Assembly (NCBI GenBank): GCA_045594305.1
Contig: JAZNYH010000049.1
Coordinates: forward strand, 1-58,057
Reading direction: 5' to 3'
DNA: 58,057 nt
Source of the DNA: Eubacteriales bacterium
GTDB lineage: Bacteria; Bacillota; Clostridia; Oscillospirales; CAG-272
The notes below the pieces were generated by a model. It was not told where the DNA came from. It was given only the letters and a program-made list of their open reading frames with translations, and made no database searches. Numbering within the stretch: position 1 is the first letter of the stretch; each line of letters opens with the position of its first letter. Shown piece by piece: positions 47,142 to 55,942 of this stretch. The translations under genes were made by a program, and so were the position numbers.

Positions 47142-49955
47142 TTAATCACTAATATTTGTCCAAGTTAATCTATAATATTGAGACGTTAAAAGCTCCACGT
47201 TTAAAGATTGGTCCGTGACATCTATACTAATTGCATCGCCATTATAATCAGTGCCAGTCCAACCCTCAGACTTATAAAACGCAATTGTTTCTAAAGAAGT
47301 GCATCCATAAAATGCTCTTGCATAAATTGTAGTAACTTCTTCTGGTACTTCGAATATAGAATTTGTCTTTCCGATAGCATATCTAATCAATGTTTTTCCA
47401 TCTTTAGTATACAAATTTTTATCAATGGCTTTATATGATTGATTGTTTTCGCTAACCAAGAATTCTTCAATTGGTGCTTCGTCTAACATACCGCCCCAAG
47501 CAAAAACATATATTTCTGTCAGACTAGCTGGTATGCTTATGCTCTTTAACGATGTGCAACCAGAAAAGTTAGGCATAGATATTGTTCCCTCGGGCAATAT
47601 AATTTTGTCAACGCTTGAACAACCTCCGAAAACACTGGTACTTATTACATCAACTTCCTTCGGCAAGCGAATAGTCATAGCAGAAGAACAATTTCCAAAT
47701 GCAAAATGATTTATTTCTCTCACATTATCTGTCAATAAGATTGCTTTAAGTGAACTACAACCATAAAAAGCATATTCTTTTATAGTGGTTACACTGCTAG
47801 GAATTTCAATTTCTTGTAAATATGTATTTTCAAAGAAAGCACTCTCACCGATTGTTTCTACACCATCTGATATTGAAAAGGATGTTTCATTGCCTTTTTG
47901 AACGTATCTTGCAAAGACTGTTCCATCTTTAGAATACAAATGACCATTTAATAATTTGAAGTTTTGATTTTCTGTATCAACTAATATTTCTGTAAGCTTT
48001 ACATCCTTATTGTTTCCTATAAAGTTATTTACAGACTTAGAGAGAGTGATGCTTTTAAGCGAAGTGCATCCAACAAGTTGAGAAATATCAACTTCTGTTA
48101 TTCCATTCGGTAGTTGAAGGCTAACAAGTGACGAGCAACCTGAAAATGCATTTAAAGGCATTGTTCCAATATCACTCGGCAATTCAATATTTTCTAACGA
48201 TATACAATTACAAAAAGCAAGCTCACCTATTTCTAAAACATCTTGACTAATTATCACTCTCTTTATAGATTTGCAACCATAAAAAGCGTAATTGTTTATT
48301 TTTTCGACACCATTTGGAATAACAACTTCTGTAAGCAATTTATTGTCAACATAGAGGTTTACACCAGTGAAAAGAGGGTTTATTGTTTTGTGTGCAAAGT
48401 TAAAGTCTAGCCATTGTTTTACACTACCCACATATACATTTTCAAGTTGTTGTATAAAGGTTGCATTGATAACTTTAAGACTACTTGGTAGCACTAAATC
48501 GCCTACTGTGGTTGTAAAGCTATTTGCAATACCTAAAGTCCCCTCTCTTATGATAATTCTAGAAGCGTCAGAGTCTTCTATTCCTACTGCCCAGTTGCCA
48601 AAATATTCTACTCCATTCTCTATATCAACAGGCTCTGCTCCATAAAGAAATTCAACATTAAGAGTTTTTAAACTGTTTGGTAAAACTACTTCACTTGGTG
48701 TGCTATCATCATAAAAAATGCAAAAATCAGCATTAATTATACCCTCTGGCACAACAATGGAGCTTATTTTCTCTGTGTATGTAGAAAATGTTAAATCAAT
48801 AGATGTAACCTTTTCTCCATTATAATTTGACGGAAATACTATGTGTGGTATCGTTTTTGATATGCTAACAATTTCATATGTTCCGTCTGTCAGTTCTTTA
48901 AAACCAAAAACATCCGAAGAAGTTGACCATTTTGCATACAAATCAACTGTTCCGATTTTTCCAGTAAGTTGTGTAACAGGCTCCTCAAACGCACTATCAA
49001 AATACCATCCCTCAAAGACAATGTACTCGTTAGTTACTGGTGATAAATCTATTACGCTCTCTATGGTGTGTTTCGTAGGATTATCATTGGTATAGTCATA
49101 ACAATTATGATAAATTATATCGTATTCTACGGCTTTCCACTCTGCTGTCAAAGTAATGCTTGAAGATACTGAATACCCTTCAAAAAACCATTTTTCTCCA
49201 TTTAGGTACCAGCCAACAAGTTCATATCCTTCTTTTGTTGGAGTGCTTGGCTTAAGAACATTTGACCCCTTTTCCACCGACTGCGTTGGCACTTCGCTTC
49301 CACCGTTTGAATTAAATGTAACTGTTATCATATTTGGGTTTTCTTCCCATTTTGCATAAAGAATTTTATCCCCAACAGTTCCCACAGATATATTTGATAT
49401 TGGATTATTTAGATTTTCATCAGTAAACCAACCTTTAAAAATGTATCCTTGTTGAGTGGGGTTTAAAAATGTAAAACTCGTTGTAATATTGTAGGACAGA
49501 ATATTGTCACTGTGATTGATTCCACCATTCAAAACATATTCCACTTTGTAATTTATAGGGGTTTTTATCGCAATTACAGTCATATTTCCTTGAATGTCAG
49601 TTAAATCTTTGTCTTCCCAAACGACATCATATCCAGCAATCTTTTTTGGTGTAGGAATATCTGTCAAATCTCTTCCTTTTTCCACTTCTCTTGTCACATC
49701 TGGATAACCATCACCTTGAGAAAAGGTTATTATGTATTTTTCATTTGTTGATGGTATATCGGTATTATCTTGATTGCCACCATTTGTATTGCTATTGCCA
49801 TTTCCTTCATTGGTATCAGTTGTAGAAGAGCCACCATTAGAGCCTTCTATGCTTGAATTATCAGTGTTTCCCGTATTCGCAGCACAAGATATTAATAGCA
49901 TCATTGTGAGAAAGCACAGTACCAATAGCAAAACATTTAAAGTTGTTTTTTTCAT
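47142..49955 (-). CDS. Lipoprotein with InlB B-like repeats and BspA-type LRRs
   Basis: Lipobox-like LLISC; N/S/T/G linker; TFNSNGGS..PTKEGYELVGWY repeats; LRR_5 repeats. Confidence 0.88.
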   Translation of the reverse strand: MKKTTLNVLLLVLCFLTMMLLISCAANTGNTDNSSIEGSNGGSSTTDTNEGNGNSNTNGGNQDNTDIPSTNEKYIITFSQGDGYPDVTREVEKGRDLTDIPTPKKIAGYDVVWEDKDLTDIQGNMTVIAIKTPINYKVEYVLNGGINHSDNILSYNITTSFTFLNPTQQGYIFKGWFTDENLNNPISNISVGTVGDKILYAKWEENPNMITVTFNSNGGSEVPTQSVEKGSNVLKPSTPTKEGYELVGWYLNGEKWFFEGYSVSSSITLTAEWKAVEYDIIYHNCYDYTNDNPTKHTIESVIDLSPVTNEYIVFEGWYFDSAFEEPVTQLTGKIGTVDLYAKWSTSSDVFGFKELTDGTYEIVSISKTIPHIVFPSNYNGEKVTSIDLTFSTYTEKISSIVVPEGIINADFCIFYDDSTPSEVVLPNSLKTLNVEFLYGAEPVDIENGVEYFGNWAVGIEDSDASRIIIREGTLGIANSFTTTVGDLVLPSSLKVINATFIQQLENVYVGSVKQWLDFNFAHKTINPLFTGVNLYVDNKLLTEVVIPNGVEKINNYAFYGCKSIKRVIISQDVLEIGELAFCNCISLENIELPSDIGTMPLNAFSGCSSLVSLQLPNGITEVDISQLVGCTSLKSITLSKSVNNFIGNNKDVKLTEILVDTENQNFKLLNGHLYSKDGTVFARYVQKGNETSFSISDGVETIGESAFFENTYLQEIEIPSSVTTIKEYAFYGCSSLKAILLTDNVREINHFAFGNCSSAMTIRLPKEVDVISTSVFGGCSSVDKIILPEGTISMPNFSGCTSLKSISIPASLTEIYVFAWGGMLDEAPIEEFLVSENNQSYKAIDKNLYTKDGKTLIRYAIGKTNSIFEVPEEVTTIYARAFYGCTSLETIAFYKSEGWTGTDYNGDAISIDVTDQSLNVELLTSQYYRLTWTNISD

Positions 49956-49971
49956 CTTAGCCTCCGTTAAT

Positions 49972-50187
49972 AAAAAAGTGCGTCAACCGAAGTCAACGCA
50001 CCGAAAAATGCAAACCCCGATTGCTGCTACACAAACTGAAACAGAAGAGGGATATACATCCTTTATAATCCTATCCAGTGGAATCTGCACTTTTACCAAA
50101 AGCTCTATTGGATAGGATATGCCAAAAAAGGGTATAATATACCCTATAAAGGAAAATCCGTTCTTTTTATTCAGTTTGTGTAGCAAT
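49972..50187 (-). ncRNA. Predicted structured RNA or leader ending in an intrinsic terminator
   Basis: Nested perfect stems of 16, 9, 10 and 6 bp; upstream TTTACA-N17-TATAAT; cUUCGg terminator plus U6. Confidence 0.6.
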
Positions 50188-50190
50188 GTA

Positions 50191-50219
50191 ATTATAACAT
50201 ACCAAACAAGGTTTGTAAA
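50191..50219 (-). promoter_or_regulatory. Promoter of the structured RNA/lipoprotein
   Basis: TTTACA-N17-TATAAT with a TG element upstream of the -10. Confidence 0.75.
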
Positions 50220-50376
50220 TCCATTTTTAAAAAATGATTTGTCTAATTTTCAATATTATACAGTGTTTTGATGTTAATTTACGCTTTTTAATTAGATAAA
50301 AAGAAAACCCATACGATGAATTTCGTATGGGTTATTCTTGTCGTAATAGGTTCTTCTCTTTTGCACAATTTTTGTA

Positions 50377-50400
50377 AAAGTTGTGTAAAAGTTGTGACAA
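50377..50400. repeat. Integrase arm-type sites, right end
   Basis: AAAGTTGTGTAA plus AAGTTGTGACAA, matching the left-end repeats. Confidence 0.75.
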
Positions 50401-50460
50401 CCTGATTTTTTATCAATTTGTAAAATGCTCTAAACCCTTATGCCATAAGGCTTCGTGGGA

Positions 50461-51987
50461 TTAGTTATCTGCGAGGGGTTTCATTGTTGGGAACAAGAGG
50501 ACATCACGGATGGATGCGCTATCGGTGAGGAGCATTACGAGACGGTCGATGCCGAAGCCGAGGCCTCCTGTTGGGGGCATTGCGTATTCAAGGGCGGTTA
50601 CATAGTCGTAATCTACCTCTGCCTTACTATCTGGCTCCTCTGCAAGCTTTTGTGCTACCTGCTTCTCAAAGCGTTCCTTTTGGTCGATTGGGTCATTAAG
50701 CTCACTAAATGCGTTTCCAAACTCGGTTGCGTTTATAAAGTACTCAAAGCGCTCGGTAAACGCTGGCTCGCTTGGCTTTCTCTTTGCAAGTGGGCTATTC
50801 TCAACTGGGTAGTCGTAAATAAAGGTTGGCTGAATGAGCTTTTCCTCTACATATGCGTCAAAGAGCTCAATAAGAACTCTTCCCTTTGTTGCATCCGCTG
50901 CTACCTCTACATGGAGCTCCTTTGCTACTTGTCTTGCCTCAGCGTCGTCTGCCCAAGCGTAGTAGTCTGCGCCACTATACTTCTTTACAGCCTCTGCCAT
51001 AGTAAGTCTTTCCCAATTGCCCATATCAATCTCTATGCCCTGATAGGTAATCTTTTCAGAGCCACAGATTTTAACTGCAAGAAGCTTATAAAGCTCCTCT
51101 ACAAGGTCCATCATTCCCTTATAATCGGTGAATGCTTGATAAAGCTCAATTGTTGTAAACTCGGGATTATGCTTTGTATCCATTCCCTCGTTTCTAAATA
51201 TTCTACCTACCTCGTAAACTCTATGCATACCACCAACAATAAGACGCTTCAAATAAAGCTCTGTTTCGATACGAAGGTACATATCCATATCGAGGGTGTT
51301 ATGGTGAGTTACGAATGGTCTTGCACTTGCTCCAATTTCAAGTGGAACAAGGATAGGTGTATCTACTTCAAGGAAGCCCTTACCATCAAGGTATGCTCTT
51401 ATCTCTTTAAGAATGAGAGATCTCTTAACGAAGGTGTCCTTAACCTCAGGGTTTACGATAAGGTCAACATATCTTTGTCTATATCTTGTTTCGAGGTCCT
51501 TTAAGCCGTGGAACTTCTCAGGGAGTGGAATGAGTGACTTTGCAAGAAGGGTTGCCTTCTTTACATGGATAGAAATTTCGCCTGTTCTTGTACGGAATAC
51601 TATTCCCTCTACGCCGATAATATCGCCGATATCCCACTTCTTGAATGATGCATAATCATCATCGCCAAGGTCATTTCTCGACACATATAGCTGGATTTGT
51701 CCCTTTTCATCCATAAGATGAGCGAATGACGCCTTACCCATTATACGACGGCTCATCATTCTACCTGCGACGCTTACTACCATTTCCTCGCCACTCTCGG
51801 CAAGCTCACCCTCACGGGCCTCAAACTCCTTGATAGCGTCTGCACTAAGAGCAGTTACATCATACTTTGTAATTTCAAAGGGGTTAGCTCCACTCTCGCA
51901 GAGTGCGCTGAGCTTATCTCGTCTTATTTGCAAAAGCTCGCTAAGCTCTACCTCATTTTCTACATTTGGGTTGTTATTCTCTTGCAT
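50461..51987 (-). CDS. lysS: Lysine-tRNA ligase (class II)
   Basis: VAGR, YRQRYVDL, FRNEG..HNPEFT and GFGIDRL..DVLLFP motifs. Confidence 0.98.
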   Translation of the reverse strand: MQENNNPNVENEVELSELLQIRRDKLSALCESGANPFEITKYDVTALSADAIKEFEAREGELAESGEEMVVSVAGRMMSRRIMGKASFAHLMDEKGQIQLYVSRNDLGDDDYASFKKWDIGDIIGVEGIVFRTRTGEISIHVKKATLLAKSLIPLPEKFHGLKDLETRYRQRYVDLIVNPEVKDTFVKRSLILKEIRAYLDGKGFLEVDTPILVPLEIGASARPFVTHHNTLDMDMYLRIETELYLKRLIVGGMHRVYEVGRIFRNEGMDTKHNPEFTTIELYQAFTDYKGMMDLVEELYKLLAVKICGSEKITYQGIEIDMGNWERLTMAEAVKKYSGADYYAWADDAEARQVAKELHVEVAADATKGRVLIELFDAYVEEKLIQPTFIYDYPVENSPLAKRKPSEPAFTERFEYFINATEFGNAFSELNDPIDQKERFEKQVAQKLAEEPDSKAEVDYDYVTALEYAMPPTGGLGFGIDRLVMLLTDSASIRDVLLFPTMKPLADN

Positions 51988-51997
51988 TGATTTCTCC

Positions 51998-52480
51998 TTA
52001 TTTTGTCTTGAAGAAGTTCAAGATCTTTGCTTCCTTTTCTCCGTTAGGGGTTTCGATAGTAACGGTTGCTCCCTTCTTGCTTCCTACAACTGCTCTACCA
52101 ATTGGTGATTGGTCGGAGATCTTCTTGTTAAGTGGATCAACCTCGTTTGAGCCTACGATGTGGTAGGTAACCTCTTTTCCGTCTGCGTATTTGAGTACAA
52201 CAGATGTTCCAAGAGCAACTACATTCTTGATTGTATCGGTATCTACTACCTCTGCGTTCTTGATGAGGTATTCAAGCTCAGCAATTCTTGCCTCTACCTT
52301 TGCCTGTTGATCTCTTGCCTCGTCGTATTCGCTGTTTTCTGAAAGGTCACCAAAGCTTCTTGCAACCTTCAACTGCTCCTTTACCTCTTGACGACGGACA
52401 TTTTTAAGGTATTCGTATTCCTCTTGAAGCTTAGCAAAGCCCTCTTTTGTATATTTAGTCTTTTGTTCCATTTTGTTCAC
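51998..52480 (-). CDS. greA: Transcription elongation factor GreA
   Basis: ARSFGDLSENSEY and SPIGRA motifs. Confidence 0.97.
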   Translation of the reverse strand: MNKMEQKTKYTKEGFAKLQEEYEYLKNVRRQEVKEQLKVARSFGDLSENSEYDEARDQQAKVEARIAELEYLIKNAEVVDTDTIKNVVALGTSVVLKYADGKEVTYHIVGSNEVDPLNKKISDQSPIGRAVVGSKKGATVTIETPNGEKEAKILNFFKTK

Positions 52481-52505
52481 CTAAGCGTATTTACGCCCTT
52501 TCCTT

Positions 52506-53801
52506 TTAATTATTATATCCAAGCTCACGGCAAGCCTCAAGGAGCTGATTGTCCTCGCTATCCGTTAGCTTGAAAAGATTTTTGTCCTTTACTGCCTCGT
52601 CAAGCTCTACCTGCTTGTGAGGTGATACACCCTCTTTATCGTAATTAACATCACAGGGTGGGTTGTAATAGTTTGTTGAAAGCTTAATTCCTGCACCGTC
52701 AGGGAGCATATAGGTTGTTTGCATTGTACCCTTTCCAAAGGTTGTTACTCCTACGAGGGTTGCACGATTATAATCTCTTAGTGCTGATGCAAATAGCTCT
52801 GCTGCTGAGGCGGTGTTTTCGTTTATAAGAACTGCAAGCTTAATGCTTGGATCAAGACAGGTTGAATCTGAGGTGTGAGTTTGCACAAGCTCGCCCTTAC
52901 CATTTCTTATGTGGCATATGCTTCCCTCGGGAAGAAGAAAATCAAGTGAGCCTACAACTCCATCAAGTGTTCCACCTGGATTGTTTCTTACATCGAATAC
53001 TATTGAGGTACAACCGTCCTCGACAAGTGCGTTAACGGCTTGCTTTAATTGGTCGGTTGTGGTGTTGTTAAATTCTGTGATTTTAACCACACCTATTGAT
53101 TGGTCAAGACTGTATTTTCTATATGTGACGGTGACAATCTTTATCTCGTCACGAATTGCGGTAATGGTAATTTGCTCCGTGCCTCTTAGCACGCCAAGGC
53201 TTACACCTGTTCCCTTTTCGCCCTTAACCATATTTATTGCAGTATAGTAATTTGCGCTTGTCGCTCTTGTGCCATCGACGCTAAGGATTATATCTCCTGC
53301 GACAATGCCTGCCCTCTCGGCTGGGGAGTCCTCAATAACTGAGATAACCTCAATTGCATCGTGCTCGGAATTATAGGTTACATTAACGCCTATTCCGTAC
53401 ATTTTGCCCTCTGCCTCGTTGAAAAGGCTTTCAAGGTCGTTTGCCGTGTAATACTCGCCATAGGCATCACCGACGCCTTGAATATAGCCGTTCATTACAT
53501 AGTAAACCAAACGCTCCTCATCAATTTGTCCTGCGTACAGGGTGCGATAGTAGGTGTCAACATAAGAGAGCTTTGTAAACAGCTCCGTTGTCCTTAGCTC
53601 CTCTGGCAAGGAATTATACATTTCGTTTATTGAGTTAAAGCGCTCTTCAAGCTGATTTACATAACTTTCGTACGATTGAGCGAGCCTTTGCTCGTTCTTT
53701 TTTGAGTTGCTCGTAACGAAAATAAAGGTCAGCTCAAAGGTTATTAGCACCGCAATTAGGCAAATGATTACAGTCCAAAGAATGCTTATTTTCTTTTGCA
53801 T
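52506..53801 (-). CDS. S41 C-terminal processing protease (CtpA-like)
   Basis: TM anchor, PDZ (GIGV), DVRNNPGG, TASAAE and TFGKG motifs. Confidence 0.93.
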   Translation of the reverse strand: MQKKISILWTVIICLIAVLITFELTFIFVTSNSKKNEQRLAQSYESYVNQLEERFNSINEMYNSLPEELRTTELFTKLSYVDTYYRTLYAGQIDEERLVYYVMNGYIQGVGDAYGEYYTANDLESLFNEAEGKMYGIGVNVTYNSEHDAIEVISVIEDSPAERAGIVAGDIILSVDGTRATSANYYTAINMVKGEKGTGVSLGVLRGTEQITITAIRDEIKIVTVTYRKYSLDQSIGVVKITEFNNTTTDQLKQAVNALVEDGCTSIVFDVRNNPGGTLDGVVGSLDFLLPEGSICHIRNGKGELVQTHTSDSTCLDPSIKLAVLINENTASAAELFASALRDYNRATLVGVTTFGKGTMQTTYMLPDGAGIKLSTNYYNPPCDVNYDKEGVSPHKQVELDEAVKDKNLFKLTDSEDNQLLEACRELGYNN

Positions 53802-53865
53802 AATTTCGCCCTTCGGTTGTTATAAACGCCACAAAAACTCCTATATAGGAGTTTTTGCGTATTTT

Positions 53866-54951
53866 TTAGAATTTAATTGGCTTCGCAGTCAAGTAGCGTC
53901 TTACCATAAGAGCTACCTTGAAGGTGATTGCGTGGTCGAACTCACGAAGGTCAAGTCCTGTGAGCTTCTTAATCTTTTCAAGTCTATATACAAGTGTATT
54001 TCTATGCACAAAGAGCTTTCTTGATGTTTCAGACACATTAAGGTTATTCTCAAAGAATATTTGAATTGTTTGGAGAGTTTCCTTATCAAGTGTTTCAAGA
54101 GAGCCGTGCTTAAAGATTTCAGAGAGATAAATCTCGCAAAGGGTGGTTGGAAGCTGATATATAAGTCTACCAATTCCAAGGTTTTCGTAGCTTATAATTT
54201 CCTTCTCGCTCTCAAATACCTTTCCTACCTCTATTGCTATTTGTGCCTCCTTGTAGGAGCGTGCAAGGTCCTTAATGTTGTTTACAACTGTACCTATACC
54301 AATACCTACACGGCAGTAAAATTCTGTATTAAGTGTGTCGGAGATGCTCTGAGCAACCTGCTCAATTGCAGAGATGCTGGTATCAGCTACAAGCTCCTTA
54401 ACAATTACGATATCCTGCTCGCCAACAGCAATTACATAGTCCTTTGTCTTATCAGGGAACATATTTTGAATGATGTCGAAGGGGAGAATATCTGTTCTTG
54501 AATAAAATCTCACCAAAAGAACTACTCTTGACTCGTTACCGTCAAAATGAAGCTCTCTGCTCTTTGCGTAAATATCGCTTGGGAGAATGTTATCCATTAT
54601 GATATTTTTAATAAATGAGCTCTTGTCAAATTTTTCGTCGTAGTAATTTTTTATGTTTGCAAGAGAAATTGCAAGGATTGATGAATATCTTTCAGCAACC
54701 TTATCCTCGCCCTCTACAAACAAGATAAACTCGGAGCTTGCAGTATTACCGATGTGCTTATAGGTATAGCCATCGATTGCTACCATCTCCGTAGTAAGAG
54801 CCATTTCCTCGCTTACATGGGATCTGTTTTCGCCTATTTTGGAAAGCTCACTACATGCAATTACAAGACCTGCGTTATCCAAAACGCCTATAACACGGTC
54901 AACAGAATCATGCATTTGGTGAATAATTCCTTGAAATAATCTGTTAGACAT
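53866..54951 (-). CDS. CdaR/PucR family transcriptional regulator
   Basis: C-terminal HTH NLNVSETSRKLFVHRNTLVYRL. Confidence 0.9.
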   Translation of the reverse strand: MSNRLFQGIIHQMHDSVDRVIGVLDNAGLVIACSELSKIGENRSHVSEEMALTTEMVAIDGYTYKHIGNTASSEFILFVEGEDKVAERYSSILAISLANIKNYYDEKFDKSSFIKNIIMDNILPSDIYAKSRELHFDGNESRVVLLVRFYSRTDILPFDIIQNMFPDKTKDYVIAVGEQDIVIVKELVADTSISAIEQVAQSISDTLNTEFYCRVGIGIGTVVNNIKDLARSYKEAQIAIEVGKVFESEKEIISYENLGIGRLIYQLPTTLCEIYLSEIFKHGSLETLDKETLQTIQIFFENNLNVSETSRKLFVHRNTLVYRLEKIKKLTGLDLREFDHAITFKVALMVRRYLTAKPIKF

Positions 54952-55090
54952 ACTTTTCCTCCATAAAGTGGTTTTTGTGCAATTTGTGCATTCGGTATAT
55001 CTATATTACACTATTTTGTTGCCTTTTTCAATAGGTTTTTTGATATTTTTTTGTGAATTTTGTACATTTTTTCGCCATTTTGAACAAAAA

Positions 55091-55837
55091 TCACAATTCT
55101 GTTTCGTACACAATGCACGAAAGAGCGAAGGTTGGTGCGGTTTCGCATCTTAAAATTCGTTTTCCAAGTCCTGCGATTTTCAAGCCCGCCTCTTTTGCTA
55201 TCTCTACCTCTTTTTGGCTAAATCCACCCTCAGAGCCAATAACTATTGATATTGTCTTGGCGTTTTTTGTGCCTTGTAAAATTTCTTTGAGGCTTTGGGT
55301 ATTATCTCCCTCATAGCACATAATGGCAAGCTCTGCCCCAGAGGCACGACGGATTGCGTCCTTATAGGACATAGCCTCTAAAACCTCGGGGATAATGCCA
55401 CGGCCACTCTGCTTTGCTGCACTTTCTGCTATCTTATTATGGCGTTGTGCCTTTTTTGGTGCGTCCTTTTTGTCTATTTTTGCAATGCAACGCTCCGAGG
55501 CAAAGGGGATTATCTCGCATGCTCCACACTCAATTGATTTTTGAATAATGGTTTCGAGCTTGTCGCCCTTAGGGATTGCCTGATAAAGGCTTATAAATAC
55601 GGGTGGCTCGGTATCGCTTTGAGATATGCTATCTACGCTTGCGTATACTGTGGTATCGGTAATAGATGCTATTTTGCACTCGTATATGTTCTTTTGCATA
55701 TCGCATATTGTTAACGCCTCGCCCACTCTCATTCTTAGGGAGCGTGATATATGGTGAGCATCATCGCCTACTATAACAGCTACCTTGCCGTTCTCTGTTT
55801 CCTCGATTTGGTCAGCCCTGATAAAAAATCTTGGCAT
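55091..55837 (-). CDS. rsmE: 16S rRNA m3U1498 methyltransferase
   Basis: HHISRSLR, EAAKQ-like SAAKQSGR, IGSEGGF and LGKRILRCETA motifs. Confidence 0.95.
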   Translation of the reverse strand: MPRFFIRADQIEETENGKVAVIVGDDAHHISRSLRMRVGEALTICDMQKNIYECKIASITDTTVYASVDSISQSDTEPPVFISLYQAIPKGDKLETIIQKSIECGACEIIPFASERCIAKIDKKDAPKKAQRHNKIAESAAKQSGRGIIPEVLEAMSYKDAIRRASGAELAIMCYEGDNTQSLKEILQGTKNAKTISIVIGSEGGFSQKEVEIAKEAGLKIAGLGKRILRCETAPTFALSCIVYETEL

Positions 55838-55942
55838 AATCTCTCCTTGTAATATTTACATTATTTAGTAATATATGTATTTTATCACTACATATACAAT
55901 TTGTCAAGAAAAAGCACCGATTGCTCGGTGCTTTTTGATTTG

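Larger units (their letters stand above)
38264..50492. mobile_element. ~12.2-kb integrative (probably mobilizable) element in the lysS 3' end
   Basis: att duplication, arm-type repeats at both ends, integrase/xis, HUH protein, AT-rich cargo, no conjugation genes. Confidence 0.88.

Noticed and set aside
49983-50186. 67-aa hydrophobic ORF as a type I toxin
   Set aside because: TTG start at the predicted transcription start with no RBS, and the whole ORF lies in paired stems; not fully excluded without Ribo-seq
49972-50187. Retron msr-msd or T-box/cobalamin riboswitch
   Set aside because: No reverse transcriptase in the element; T-box and B12-box consensus sequences not found
50455-51504. 349-aa plus-strand ORF
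   Set aside because: Antisense shadow of lysS with no protein-like features; the same applies to the many short antisense ORFs over pgk, PFOR and the deo genes
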